Of a DNA stretch of 64,000 nt, positions 15,560-24,670 are shown in pieces (positions within the stretch are counted from its first letter, which is position 1; every line of letters begins with the position of its first letter). Source of the DNA: Terriglobia bacterium (GTDB lineage Bacteria; Acidobacteriota; UBA6911); contig CAWGRQ010000013.1 of NCBI GenBank assembly GCA_963824985.1, forward strand, positions 10,630-74,629, in the 5' to 3' direction. The notes under the pieces are model-generated. The model did no database searches. It was not told the origin of the DNA and saw only the letters and a program-made list of their open reading frames with translations. Both the position numbers and the translations under genes were made by a program.

Positions 15560-16330
15560 CTATCGGTGTTTCCACCGCGGGGCGCGCTTTTCCATGAAGG
15601 CCCGGATCCCTTCGATCGGGTCCTCCAGGTCCATCAGATCGTTCAGGTACAGCGACTGAGCCTCCCGCAGATTGTTATCCAGCTCACGCAGGCGGCCGCC
15701 GCGGGCTGACCGCAGCGCCAATTCCATGACGGCGGACGAGGATCCCCGAAAGCCCGCCAACAACTCATCGAGGGCGGCGTCAAGAGCGTCTTCCGGCAAG
15801 GCACGGTGAATCAGTCCAATCCTCTCTGCTTCCAGAGCGTCGACCGGTTTGCCGGTCAGGATCATCTGCAGCGTCCGCTGGGCCCCGATGCGTTGGGGCA
15901 GGAGCAAGGCAGCAAGCGAGGGGATGGTCCCCACCTTGATTTCGGGCTGTCCGAAGGTCGCCTGGAGCGAGGCCAGCACGAAATCGCAACATGCGGCCAG
16001 CTCGTTGCCGGCCCCCAGGGCGACGCCGCCGACCAGCGCCACCGTCGGCCGGGGAAAGGAACTGATCGTGAGCGCTGCCGTGTGGAACTGATCAAGGAGG
16101 AGGAAGGCCGCCCCCCGGGTCTGCTGCATCATGTCCAGACCGGCGCTGAAAGCGGCGCAGTCTGAATCGATAACCAGCATCCGTCCCGGGGGCGAATCGC
16201 CGAGCGATTCCAAAAGCTCCTGAATCTGCTTCAGCATTTCAATATTCAGGTAGTTCAGTGGCGGACGCCGCAGGGTAAGGCGAATCAGGTCTCCGGCGGT
16301 GGTCAGGGATATGAGTTCGGATCCGTTCAT
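15560..16330 (-). CDS. enoyl-CoA hydratase/isomerase (crotonase) family protein
   Basis: 256 aa. ...VIDSDCAAFSAGLDM..., VALVGGVALGAGNELAACCDFVLA, ...EGIRAFMEKRAPRW. Confidence 0.85.
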   Translation of the reverse strand: MNGSELISLTTAGDLIRLTLRRPPLNYLNIEMLKQIQELLESLGDSPPGRMLVIDSDCAAFSAGLDMMQQTRGAAFLLLDQFHTAALTISSFPRPTVALVGGVALGAGNELAACCDFVLASLQATFGQPEIKVGTIPSLAALLLPQRIGAQRTLQMILTGKPVDALEAERIGLIHRALPEDALDAALDELLAGFRGSSSAVMELALRSARGGRLRELDNNLREAQSLYLNDLMDLEDPIEGIRAFMEKRAPRWKHR

Positions 16331-16407
16331 GAGTCCAGTACTCTAACACATTTTTGGAAATATCGGGGCGTCAGCAAAAACTACTCCGGTGAAATGGCTG
16401 CGGATTA

Positions 16408-17937
16408 ATGTCCGGAGGGGTGATGTCTGGGTCAGCGGCATATCTGCGCCGGAGTCTGGCGACCCTCGAGTGGATTGATTCGACGTGGCCCGAGGCGATC
16501 ATCATTGTCGACGGCCATCAGGCGGGGGTGTGGAAAGACCTTCATTTACGCTGGAGGGTTGACGGGGACCGGATTCGCCTGCAGTTGCATCTGGCGGGCG
16601 GTGGCCTGGCGTTATGGATATCTTCCGTTCAGCCGGATACTTTGGGGGTGAGGATGCTGATCCACGGCCGTCAGCCGGCGCGGGAAATCCGGGTGACCTG
16701 GGCAGGGACAGTCAAGTCCGGGGAGGCAGGACGGCACGAACTGCTCGAATCTGCAGGCGCCTGGGTCCGGCAACGATTCCCGGGGGGCCTCATAGTCTCG
16801 CCGGGTCAGGTTCCGGACCGGTCTCACTCCCTTTCGGGCAGCTATCTGCGGTTGCGAGTAAAGTGGAGGGCCGCCGATCACCTGGTTCTGGCATGCGCCC
16901 CCGGGGAGGCGGAGGGCCAGGTCGCAGGAATCCTCACTCAGGCGCTGCTGTGGCTGTCCTGCCTGGTTACGGGAGGGGGGCTCAACGGGGTCCCAACGGT
17001 CCACCTGCTGATCCCAAGGGGAGACTCTTCCGTCCTAGTGCATCGGTCGAACCTGGTGAACCCGGCTCTGGTGCGGATCGAGATCCTCGAGTACACCGAA
17101 GGCGCCGCGCGGCAGTGGGAAACGCGAACTCCCGACCCGCCGGCCCAACCATGCGAAAATCGGGACTTTCGCTGGCCGGTGCTGGGGCCTTTTCGCTGGA
17201 GTCCGCTGATGGCGCGGGTTCTGGCATTGGCTCCGGAACACATTCAGCGCTATCCGAGGTTCGATGGCCACGATTCCTTACGGCTGTATGGGCTTGAGTT
17301 CGCCCGGGTCCTGGGCGTCGAGCGCGACCGGATCTGTTTCGGTACCGGTTCCCACCAAATGGAATTGACGGAGGATACCTTCGAAGACCTGCGTGCCCTG
17401 GTCGACGAGATCATTTACTACCGCCGGCCCGACAGCCCGGCTTCGGAGCACCCTTACTACCGGAGGCAGTCGGAGCGGTGGCTCGAATGCCTTCTGCTGA
17501 GTGATGTGGCCCGTTTATTTCCCGAACTGGTTCCGGGCGCCGTCTATCCGCAAATCCCGGTCTATCTGGGGAAAGTCCCGGGCCGAGTCGACATCATCGG
17601 TGTCGATCGCGAGAGCAACCTCGTGGTAATGGAACTCAAGGCCGGCGAAGATATTGAAATGCCGATGCAATCCCTCGACTACTGGGGGAGGGTGATCGGA
17701 CACAATCTCAGCGGGGATTTTGAAAGGCGTGGATACTTTGCCGGCCTGCGTCTGAGCCGGGCGGCCCCCAAGATCTACCTGGTGTCGCCCATATTTTCAT
17801 TCCATGATTCAACCGAGAGGGTGCTCCGCTGGTTGGATCCGAAGCTCGAGGTTTCAAAAATCGGCATTAATGAAGACTGGCGTTGCGGGGTGAAAATCCT
17901 ACGGCGCATCCGCGGCAGGTGCGGAAAACTCAAGTAG
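16408..17937 (+). CDS. large uncharacterised protein with C-terminal PD-(D/E)XK (RecB/NucS-like) nuclease signature
   Basis: 509-aa ORF. C-terminal GRVDIIGVDRESNLVVMELKAGEDIEMPMQSLDYWGRV (D...ExK...QxxxY pattern). The first ~370 aa match no family I recognise. Confidence 0.6.
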   Translation: MSGGVMSGSAAYLRRSLATLEWIDSTWPEAIIIVDGHQAGVWKDLHLRWRVDGDRIRLQLHLAGGGLALWISSVQPDTLGVRMLIHGRQPAREIRVTWAGTVKSGEAGRHELLESAGAWVRQRFPGGLIVSPGQVPDRSHSLSGSYLRLRVKWRAADHLVLACAPGEAEGQVAGILTQALLWLSCLVTGGGLNGVPTVHLLIPRGDSSVLVHRSNLVNPALVRIEILEYTEGAARQWETRTPDPPAQPCENRDFRWPVLGPFRWSPLMARVLALAPEHIQRYPRFDGHDSLRLYGLEFARVLGVERDRICFGTGSHQMELTEDTFEDLRALVDEIIYYRRPDSPASEHPYYRRQSERWLECLLLSDVARLFPELVPGAVYPQIPVYLGKVPGRVDIIGVDRESNLVVMELKAGEDIEMPMQSLDYWGRVIGHNLSGDFERRGYFAGLRLSRAAPKIYLVSPIFSFHDSTERVLRWLDPKLEVSKIGINEDWRCGVKILRRIRGRCGKLK

Positions 17938-17940
17938 GAG

Positions 17941-18117
17941 TCAGGTCTGCTTTTTATCGCTCTTGTCGGGCTCTTCCTCGCCGCCCTTGATGGCGGATTT
18001 AAAATTCTTGATCCCTTCGCCCAGGCCCTTTCCCAACTGAGGTATTTTGTTTACCCCGAAGATAAGGACCACGATGACCAGCACTACCAGCAATTCGCCC
18101 ATTCCCAGGTTCGGCAT
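17941..18117 (-). CDS. tatA: twin-arginine translocase subunit TatA/E
   Basis: [51 protein letters not shown] lies 4 nt upstream of the ATG at 18117. Confidence 0.9.
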   Translation of the reverse strand: MPNLGMGELLVVLVIVVLIFGVNKIPQLGKGLGEGIKNFKSAIKGGEEEPDKSDKKQT

Positions 18118-18175
18118 ATAGCCCTCCAACGACTTACATCAGTCAAAGAGTACTTGAGGGGGATGAGTAAGTCAA

Positions 18176-20080
18176 TCAGAGCAGAATTCGCTCACTCCCC
18201 TGCCGGCGCGTGAAACGCTCCCGATCCAGGTATTCGAGGAGGGGAATGGCGTGTTTTCTGGTCAGGCCGAAGAGTTCCTTGAACTCCGCGACGCCAAACC
18301 GCGCGCCGGCTGGATAGCGTCCGCGGATCTTCTCCTTCATCTCCTGGATGGTCGTCCGGTGATACGCCAGGTCTTCAGCGACGCGGATCAGGATCCTTTC
18401 TTTGAGCATCCAGGAACAAATCCGGCGCACTTCCACCGGATCAGAGGCCAGGAGCGACGCAATTTCTGACAGGGCGGGGGGCTGCCAGCCAGCCTGAAGC
18501 AGCAGCTCTTCTATGCTTTCCTTGCTCTTGAGCCCCGCTGGCGACAACTGGACTTCCCGGCCATGCAAGGAGATCACGTCTTCGTTGAGCGAGATCCGGC
18601 GTTCTTCCGAGAGGCGATCGAGGCAAAAGCGAAAGATTTCCTGGGGAACGCGGTCGTAGGTTCGGGTGCGCAACTCTTCCCGTGAAATGCCCCGGAGCAG
18701 GGGATTCTCCTGATGGAAACGGGCCACCAGGGAGACGGTTTCTTCTTTCAGGGCCGTGATTACGGCGGGCATCACTACGATGGGGATCGGTCCCGGCACA
18801 ATGACCATCTCCCCGGCGGCAGCGGCAGCGGCACATTCAAGTTCCAATGCCGCCTGGGGTATCCCCGTGGCCGCCACCAACTGGCGCAGCCCCATCATCT
18901 GTTCGGGGTGCATCTCCACCAGGCCCAGCAGCCTTTGTTTGCGATCGCCCGCTTCGATGCCCCGCAGGAGCTCCGGCGCCCGCCGGTCGGTGACCTTGTG
19001 CTTGACCGGCATCGGGTTGAGGATCCGGCCGCCGCCGATCGTCATGGTCGGAGAGAACTGGCGGATGATAAACGCGTCCCCCTGGAGACAGAACGTCGGC
19101 AGGTCGAGCCTGAGCTGCGCTACGGCAGACTTGCCCGGCTCCAGCAGGGTCGGGCCCAGCAGCGCCACGCGGGCGAGCACCTCGGTCGTGTCGTGATGGA
19201 AACGGACCTTGGCGAAATTCCGCAGGGGACGCGCGGTGGGGAGCAGATCGAGCCGGACGTCGAGGATCCGGGTGGCCCCAAACAGGTGCGGCACGGTCAG
19301 GCACATGCCTCGACGGACCTGGGACAGGTCGACGCCCTGGAGATTGACGGCAGTTCTCTGTCCGGCTCCCGCGATCGCGGTAGCCTCTCCATGGACCTGC
19401 AGGCCGCGCACCTTGGCTACCAGTCCGCCGGGGATCAGCTCGACCTCTTCATCCTTGCGCAGACCCCCGGATATCATGGTTCCCGTAACCACCGTGCCGA
19501 ACCCGCGGATGCTGAAAGCGCGATCAATGGGCAATCGCAGTAACCGGCCGGCCGGACGTTCCGGAACCGAGAGGGCGAGCTCTTTGAGCGCCTGCTTCAG
19601 CTGCTCGATGCCGGCGCAGGTCTTCGAACTGACGGGGATGACCCGGGAGCGCTCCAGGAAAGAGCCTCTGACCAGATCTCCGATTTCCTCCTGAACCAGT
19701 TCGACGAGCTCGGGATCGACGAGGTCGATCTTGGTAATTACGACGATTCCTGAAGTGACTCCCAGAAGGCGGCAGATATCGAAGTGCTCCCGGGTCTGCG
19801 GCATGACTGACTCGTCCGCGGCCACGATCAGGAGCACGCAGTCGATTCCGCCCACCCCGGCCAGCATGTTTTTGACGAATTTCTCGTGGCCGGGGACATC
19901 GACCAGCCCGATGTGCACCCCGTCGAGTTCCAGATGGGCGAATCCCAGGTCGATGGTAATCCCGCGGAGCTGCTCCTCCTTCAAGCGGTCAGGATCCACT
20001 CCGGTAAGCGCCTTGACCAGCGCGCTCTTGCCGTGATCGATATGTCCCGCCGTGCCCACGATCAGGTGGCGAAGGTGCAT
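18176..20080 (-). CDS. selB: selenocysteine-specific elongation factor SelB
   Basis: 634 aa. N-terminal GTPase [29 protein letters not shown], and a long winged-helix C-terminal region. Confidence 0.9.
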   Translation of the reverse strand: MHLRHLIVGTAGHIDHGKSALVKALTGVDPDRLKEEQLRGITIDLGFAHLELDGVHIGLVDVPGHEKFVKNMLAGVGGIDCVLLIVAADESVMPQTREHFDICRLLGVTSGIVVITKIDLVDPELVELVQEEIGDLVRGSFLERSRVIPVSSKTCAGIEQLKQALKELALSVPERPAGRLLRLPIDRAFSIRGFGTVVTGTMISGGLRKDEEVELIPGGLVAKVRGLQVHGEATAIAGAGQRTAVNLQGVDLSQVRRGMCLTVPHLFGATRILDVRLDLLPTARPLRNFAKVRFHHDTTEVLARVALLGPTLLEPGKSAVAQLRLDLPTFCLQGDAFIIRQFSPTMTIGGGRILNPMPVKHKVTDRRAPELLRGIEAGDRKQRLLGLVEMHPEQMMGLRQLVAATGIPQAALELECAAAAAAGEMVIVPGPIPIVVMPAVITALKEETVSLVARFHQENPLLRGISREELRTRTYDRVPQEIFRFCLDRLSEERRISLNEDVISLHGREVQLSPAGLKSKESIEELLLQAGWQPPALSEIASLLASDPVEVRRICSWMLKERILIRVAEDLAYHRTTIQEMKEKIRGRYPAGARFGVAEFKELFGLTRKHAIPLLEYLDRERFTRRQGSERILL

Positions 20081-20418
20081 GGTCAGAACCCCTTGTCTGC
20101 AGGATGAGGGATTGAATGGATCGGGGGAAAAGCCGGTTTCTCATGCCAAGGGTTCATCCGGGACTGCCGGATCTTTCTCACCCCGGATGCCCGGATGCTG
20201 CTCCCGCCGGTTCGGCCAGCCTCCCCACGGCACGCTGTCCGTGCGGGAATTGCGGATTGGATTCGAAATCGCTTGACTGAAAATCGAGCCATAAGTACGC
20301 TTATTGATTTGCCAAGCAAACGGCGGACGCGAGCCGGCGGGCTCGCGGGAAAAGCCAATATTAGTGCACGGAGCCTCGCTTAACCAGTCAAAACCCGACC
20401 CGGACCCCAGGTTGCGCC

Positions 20419-21753
20419 ATGTTAGAGAATCTGTCCAATAAGCTGCAAAAAATCCTCAAGGATCTCCGCGGGCAGGGGCGTGTCTCCGAACGGCACATTG
20501 ATGCCACCACGCGGGAAATCAGGAACGCGCTGCTGGATGCGGATGTCCACTTCAAACTGGCCAAAGACTTCGTTCAGAAGGTGAAAGAGCGGGCCCTGGG
20601 CCAGGAGGTCATGCAATCGCTGACCCCCGGGCAGCAGGTGGTCAAGGTGGTTCGGGACGAACTGATCGAGCTTCTCGGCGGGGTTCAAGCCGAGCTTCAG
20701 TTTTCCAAGCAGCCGCCCACGGTTTTCCTTCTCGTCGGATTGCAGGGGTCGGGAAAAACCACAACGGCGGCGAAGCTGGGATTGTGGTTGTCGCAGAACA
20801 ACCACACCCCGCTGTTGTTTTCCGTTGATGTGTACCGGCCTGCCGCCGTGGAACAGCTGCGGGTTCTTTGCGACGATAACCGCTTGGGTTATTTTGATTT
20901 GCCTGGAAACGATGACCCTCTTGCAAGAACCGATCATGGGTTACGGCATGCCCGGAACGCGGGATATGACGCAGTGCTGATTGATACTGCCGGCCGGCTC
21001 CACATCGACGATGAAATGATGGTCGAACTGGACAGGATCAAGGAGATGGCGCGGCCGACCGAAATCCTGCTGGTAGCGGATGCCATGACAGGGCAGGACG
21101 CCGTTCGCAGTGCCCGGGATTTTCACGCGCGCCTTGGGCTGACGGGAGTCCTATTGACCAAGATGGACGGCGATGCACGCGGCGGTGCAGCCCTGTCCAT
21201 CAAGAGCGTGACCGGCCAGCCGATCAAATTCGTAGGCACCGGCGAGAAGGTGGACGCTCTTGAGCCATTCCACCCGGATCGGCTGGCCGGCCGGATTTTG
21301 GGGATGGGGGACGTGCTTTCGCTCATCGAAAAGGCAGAAAAGGTGGTGGATGAGCAGGAAGCCGTCGAGATGGCCGAGAAGTTGCGCAAAGATGAGTTTA
21401 CCCTCGATGACTTTCGCGATCAACTGCGGCAGATCCGCAAGCTGGGCTCCATGGAACAGATTTTGGGGATGCTCCCGAACATCGGCCCGATGCGCGGGCT
21501 CAATCAGCTGAAGGTTGATGAGAAGGAATTGATTCACATCGAGGCCATCATCAACTCTATGACTCCCAAGGAGCGCCAATATCACCATATCCTGAACGGC
21601 AACCGCAAGAAACGGATCGCGCGTGGCAGCGGCCGACCGGTTCAGGAAATCAATCAGTTGCTGAAGCAATATCTTGAGGCCCGCAAAATGATGAAAAGCC
21701 TCAACCGGGGAATCTTGCCCCGCATGATGAAGGGGATGCGGTTTCCCGGGTAG
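20419..21753 (+). CDS. ffh: signal recognition particle protein Ffh
   Basis: 444 aa. GLQGSGKTTTAAKL, DTAGRLH, M-domain GMGDVLSLIEKAE. Confidence 0.95.
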   Translation: MLENLSNKLQKILKDLRGQGRVSERHIDATTREIRNALLDADVHFKLAKDFVQKVKERALGQEVMQSLTPGQQVVKVVRDELIELLGGVQAELQFSKQPPTVFLLVGLQGSGKTTTAAKLGLWLSQNNHTPLLFSVDVYRPAAVEQLRVLCDDNRLGYFDLPGNDDPLARTDHGLRHARNAGYDAVLIDTAGRLHIDDEMMVELDRIKEMARPTEILLVADAMTGQDAVRSARDFHARLGLTGVLLTKMDGDARGGAALSIKSVTGQPIKFVGTGEKVDALEPFHPDRLAGRILGMGDVLSLIEKAEKVVDEQEAVEMAEKLRKDEFTLDDFRDQLRQIRKLGSMEQILGMLPNIGPMRGLNQLKVDEKELIHIEAIINSMTPKERQYHHILNGNRKKRIARGSGRPVQEINQLLKQYLEARKMMKSLNRGILPRMMKGMRFPG

Positions 21754-21859
21754 GACGCAGGCTGTCTGCCCGGGCGGTGCGCCGGCAATACCAATTGCAT
21801 CCACACGGTTTATGTGACAATATTACGATTGGTTAACGCTATTCAATTTGGGAGGAGTT

Positions 21860-22111
21860 TTGTTAAGGATACGATTGACTCGGATGGGTGCCAAGAAAAA
21901 GCCGTTTTATCGTGTTGTGGTTACGGAGCAACGGCAGGCTCGCGATGGAAGCTTTGTGGAAATTGTCGGACGTTACAATCCGGTCACAAACCCTCCAGCT
22001 ATTGAGCTGAATATGGAGCGGGTTCAGCACTGGATCGCCTGTGGCGCTCAGCCCTCAGAGACTGTGCGCTCTCTGATCCGCAAGGTGCCGGCACAGGCTC
22101 CACCAAGCTGA
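21860..22111 (+). CDS. rpsP: 30S ribosomal protein S16
   Basis: (M)[36 protein letters not shown] at 21851-21857. The start is either the TTG at 21860 or the TTG at 21848, left uncertain. Confidence 0.85.
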   Translation: MLRIRLTRMGAKKKPFYRVVVTEQRQARDGSFVEIVGRYNPVTNPPAIELNMERVQHWIACGAQPSETVRSLIRKVPAQAPPS

Positions 22112-22194
22112 AAAGGGCTGACTCGATGCCAGAACTCCGGAGGGCTCACGATCCTAAATGATGTGGAAGGTTGGATTTTCCCGTGGAGGCGGCT

Positions 22195-22425
22195 ATGAAG
22201 GATCTGGTTGAAATGATTGCGAAAGCGCTCGTTGATAATCCTGAACAGGTGGTTGTGACGGAGATAGAAGGGGAGCAGACTACGGTGCTGGAGCTCCGCG
22301 TCGCCCCATCGGATCTCGGCAAGGTGATCGGGAAACAGGGCCGCACGGCACGATGTATCCGGACTCTTCTGGGCGCGGCGGGCATGAAGCTCCGTAAGCG
22401 GTTTGTCTTGGAAATATTGGAGTAG
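22195..22425 (+). CDS. KH-domain RNA-binding protein (YlqC/UPF0109)
   Basis: [21 protein letters not shown]...[28 protein letters not shown] upstream of the ATG at 22195. Conserved position between rpsP and rimM. Confidence 0.85.
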   Translation: MKDLVEMIAKALVDNPEQVVVTEIEGEQTTVLELRVAPSDLGKVIGKQGRTARCIRTLLGAAGMKLRKRFVLEILE

Positions 22426-22958
22426 TGGATCCTTCCGTCGGACCTTCTCATATTGCAATTGCCCGAATCGTCAGGACTCGCGGGATTCGCGGTGAAGTCC
22501 TGGCTGAACTGCATACGGACTTTCCTGAACGTTTCAGCCTCCTGAATCGAATCTGGGTGGAATTCCCGGATGGCAGCAAGGAATGTCTTACGCTTGAGAG
22601 CTGGTGGCTGCACCAGGGCCGGCCGGTATTGAAATTCGGCGGAATTGACACGATCACCGAGGCGGAACGCCTGATCGGCGCCTGGGTCGAGGTCGAAGCC
22701 GGCCAGACGATCCCGCTCCCTGAGGGTACCTATTGGGATCGGGATCTGGTGGGTTGTACGCTGCGCAACCTCGAGGGTGAATCGCTTGGTGTTGTGAAGG
22801 AGATCCTGCGCATCGAGGCCAACAGCCAGTTGGTGGTGCAGGGGGAGAAGGGCGAGTTTCTGGTTCCCCTGGTGTCCGCGATCTGCAGGGAAATCTCGAT
22901 CGAACGCAGGGAGATCCTGGTGGAGCTCCCCGAAGGGTTGATGGACCTGAACAAATGA
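22425..22958 (+). CDS. rimM: 16S rRNA processing protein RimM
   Basis: 177 aa. IARIVRTRGIRGEVLAE... and a PRC-barrel C-terminus. GTG start overlaps the upstream stop by 1 nt. Confidence 0.85.
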   Translation: MDPSVGPSHIAIARIVRTRGIRGEVLAELHTDFPERFSLLNRIWVEFPDGSKECLTLESWWLHQGRPVLKFGGIDTITEAERLIGAWVEVEAGQTIPLPEGTYWDRDLVGCTLRNLEGESLGVVKEILRIEANSQLVVQGEKGEFLVPLVSAICREISIERREILVELPEGLMDLNK

Positions 22959-23638
22959 GATTTGATATCATTACAATTTTTCCGGAGCTGTTCCATGGCG
23001 TTCTGGAATGCGGGATGATCCGGCGCGCTCGCCAGTCCGGATTGCTGGACGTACGGATCGTAAACCTCCGCGATTTTACCTCCGACAGGCATAGGAGTGT
23101 GGATGACCGTCCTTATGGGGGTGGGGAGGGGATGGTTCTGATGCCGGAACCACTGTTTCATGCGGTCGAGGACTGTCGGGCTGAGGCTGGAGTCGCGGGA
23201 GCGCAGGTGGTGCTCCTGTCGCCCCAAGGCAAGGCTTGGTCTCAGGCGGCAGCGCTGGACTTCGCGACAATTCCGCATGCAATCCTGATCTGCGGTCGAT
23301 ATGAAGGCGTAGACCAGAGGGTTGTGGACAGCCTCGTGGACAGGGAAATCTCGATTGGAGATTATATCCTGACGGGCGGAGAGATTCCCGCAATAGTAGT
23401 GCTTGATTCGGTGGTGAGGCTCCTGCCCGGGGCGTTGGGAAACAAGGAATCGGCATTAAACGAGAGTTTTTGCACAGGTCTCCTTGATTGCCCGCAATAC
23501 ACGCGCCCTGCCGAATTCCGCGGCTTGTCCGTGCCCGAGGTCCTTCTCTCTGGCGATCATGCCAGAATCGACCGATGGCGCAAGGAACGGGCATTGGAAA
23601 AAACTCGGGAGTGCCGACCGGAGATGGTCAAGAAATAA
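22955..23638 (+). CDS. trmD: tRNA (guanine37-N1)-methyltransferase TrmD
   Basis: 227 aa. [13 protein letters not shown]..., [31 protein letters not shown] overlap with rimM. Confidence 0.95.
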   Translation: MRFDIITIFPELFHGVLECGMIRRARQSGLLDVRIVNLRDFTSDRHRSVDDRPYGGGEGMVLMPEPLFHAVEDCRAEAGVAGAQVVLLSPQGKAWSQAAALDFATIPHAILICGRYEGVDQRVVDSLVDREISIGDYILTGGEIPAIVVLDSVVRLLPGALGNKESALNESFCTGLLDCPQYTRPAEFRGLSVPEVLLSGDHARIDRWRKERALEKTRECRPEMVKK

Positions 23639-23655
23639 TTCCCAAGGAGTGTGTT

Positions 23656-24037
23656 ATGAACTTGCTGCAAGCGGTCGATAATTCACAGATGCGGACGGAT
23701 ATTCCCCGGCTTCGATCCGGCGACACGGTGCGCGTTCACGTAAAGATCAAGGAAGGCGACAAATACCGCATCCAGATCTTTGAAGGCGTGGTGTTAAGCG
23801 TCAAACGCCATGGAATATCGTCCACGTTTACGGTCCGGAAGGTCTACTTCCGGGTATGGAGTTGAGCGTATTTTCCCGCTTCACTCTCCGATCCTGGAGA
23901 AGGTTGAAGTCGTAAAACAGGGGAAGGTGCGCCGCGCCCGTCTGTATTATCTCCGCGGGCGCCGGGGTAAGGCGGCCCGGTTGAAGGAAATCGGAAGGAC
24001 TGAACGCCCGACGCCAGGGGTTCCGGTCCAGGAGTAA
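23656..24037 (+). CDS. rplS: 50S ribosomal protein L19, split by an apparent 1-nt frameshift near 23843-23846
   Basis: Frame 1 (ATG 23656, AAGGAG upstream): [63 protein letters not shown], then YFRVWS*. The next frame continues (S)[48 protein letters not shown]. Confidence 0.85.
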
Positions 24038-24049
24038 AACTCAGCCTCC

Positions 24050-24670
24050 ATGTGGAGCCACGACTACTTCGAGAAGACTCTGCGACAAAACGGTTTCCGC
24101 ATGATCGCGGGGGTCGATGAAGTGGGCCGCGGGGCGCTTGCCGGCCCGGTGGTTGCGGCGGCGGTTGTTCTTGACGGCACCGGAGATTACAGCCCGATCC
24201 GGGATTCCAAGGTAGTGGGTGCGCGCCTTCGCCGGAAGTTGGCGGAACGGATCCAGAACGAGGCCTTGGGTGTCGGTGTCGGATGGGTTTCTGAATCCGA
24301 AATCGATCGCATCAATATTCTCCGCGCCACCCACCGGGCGATGCACCAGGCCATCGCCAGTTTATCCGTCCCGCCTGACATGGTTCTGGTGGACGGTTTT
24401 TTCCTTCCGGGGCTGGAAATGCCGTGCATCGGCATCATTGGCGGTGATTCCCGCTCCTATTCCGTTGCTGCGGCATCGATTGTGGCCAAAGTGCAACGGG
24501 ATGGTTTCATGGCCTCGCTGGCGCCGGACTATCCGCAGTACGGCTTCGACCGCAACATGGGTTATGGTACCGCGTTCCACCGGCAGGCACTTACCAGCCA
24601 CGGACCTTCCCCCTACCATCGACGAACTTTTCAAGGAGTCTTAGCCACGGGAGGAACCGATGGCCACTGA
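24050..24670 (+). CDS. rnhB: ribonuclease HII
   Basis: 206 aa. AGVDEVGRGALAGPVVAAAVVL and DSKVV motifs. Confidence 0.9.
   Translation: MWSHDYFEKTLRQNGFRMIAGVDEVGRGALAGPVVAAAVVLDGTGDYSPIRDSKVVGARLRRKLAERIQNEALGVGVGWVSESEIDRINILRATHRAMHQAIASLSVPPDMVLVDGFFLPGLEMPCIGIIGGDSRSYSVAAASIVAKVQRDGFMASLAPDYPQYGFDRNMGYGTAFHRQALTSHGPSPYHRRTFQGVLATGGTDGH

Noticed and set aside
20081-20418. Possible tRNA-Sec or SRP RNA between selB and ffh
   Set aside because: There is no cloverleaf with a UCA anticodon loop, no GGUUCGAAUCC-type T-arm with a pairing stem, and no SRP domain IV motif (GGAAGCAGCC following a GNRA loop). GGATTCGAAATC at ~20259 lacks flanking complementarity.
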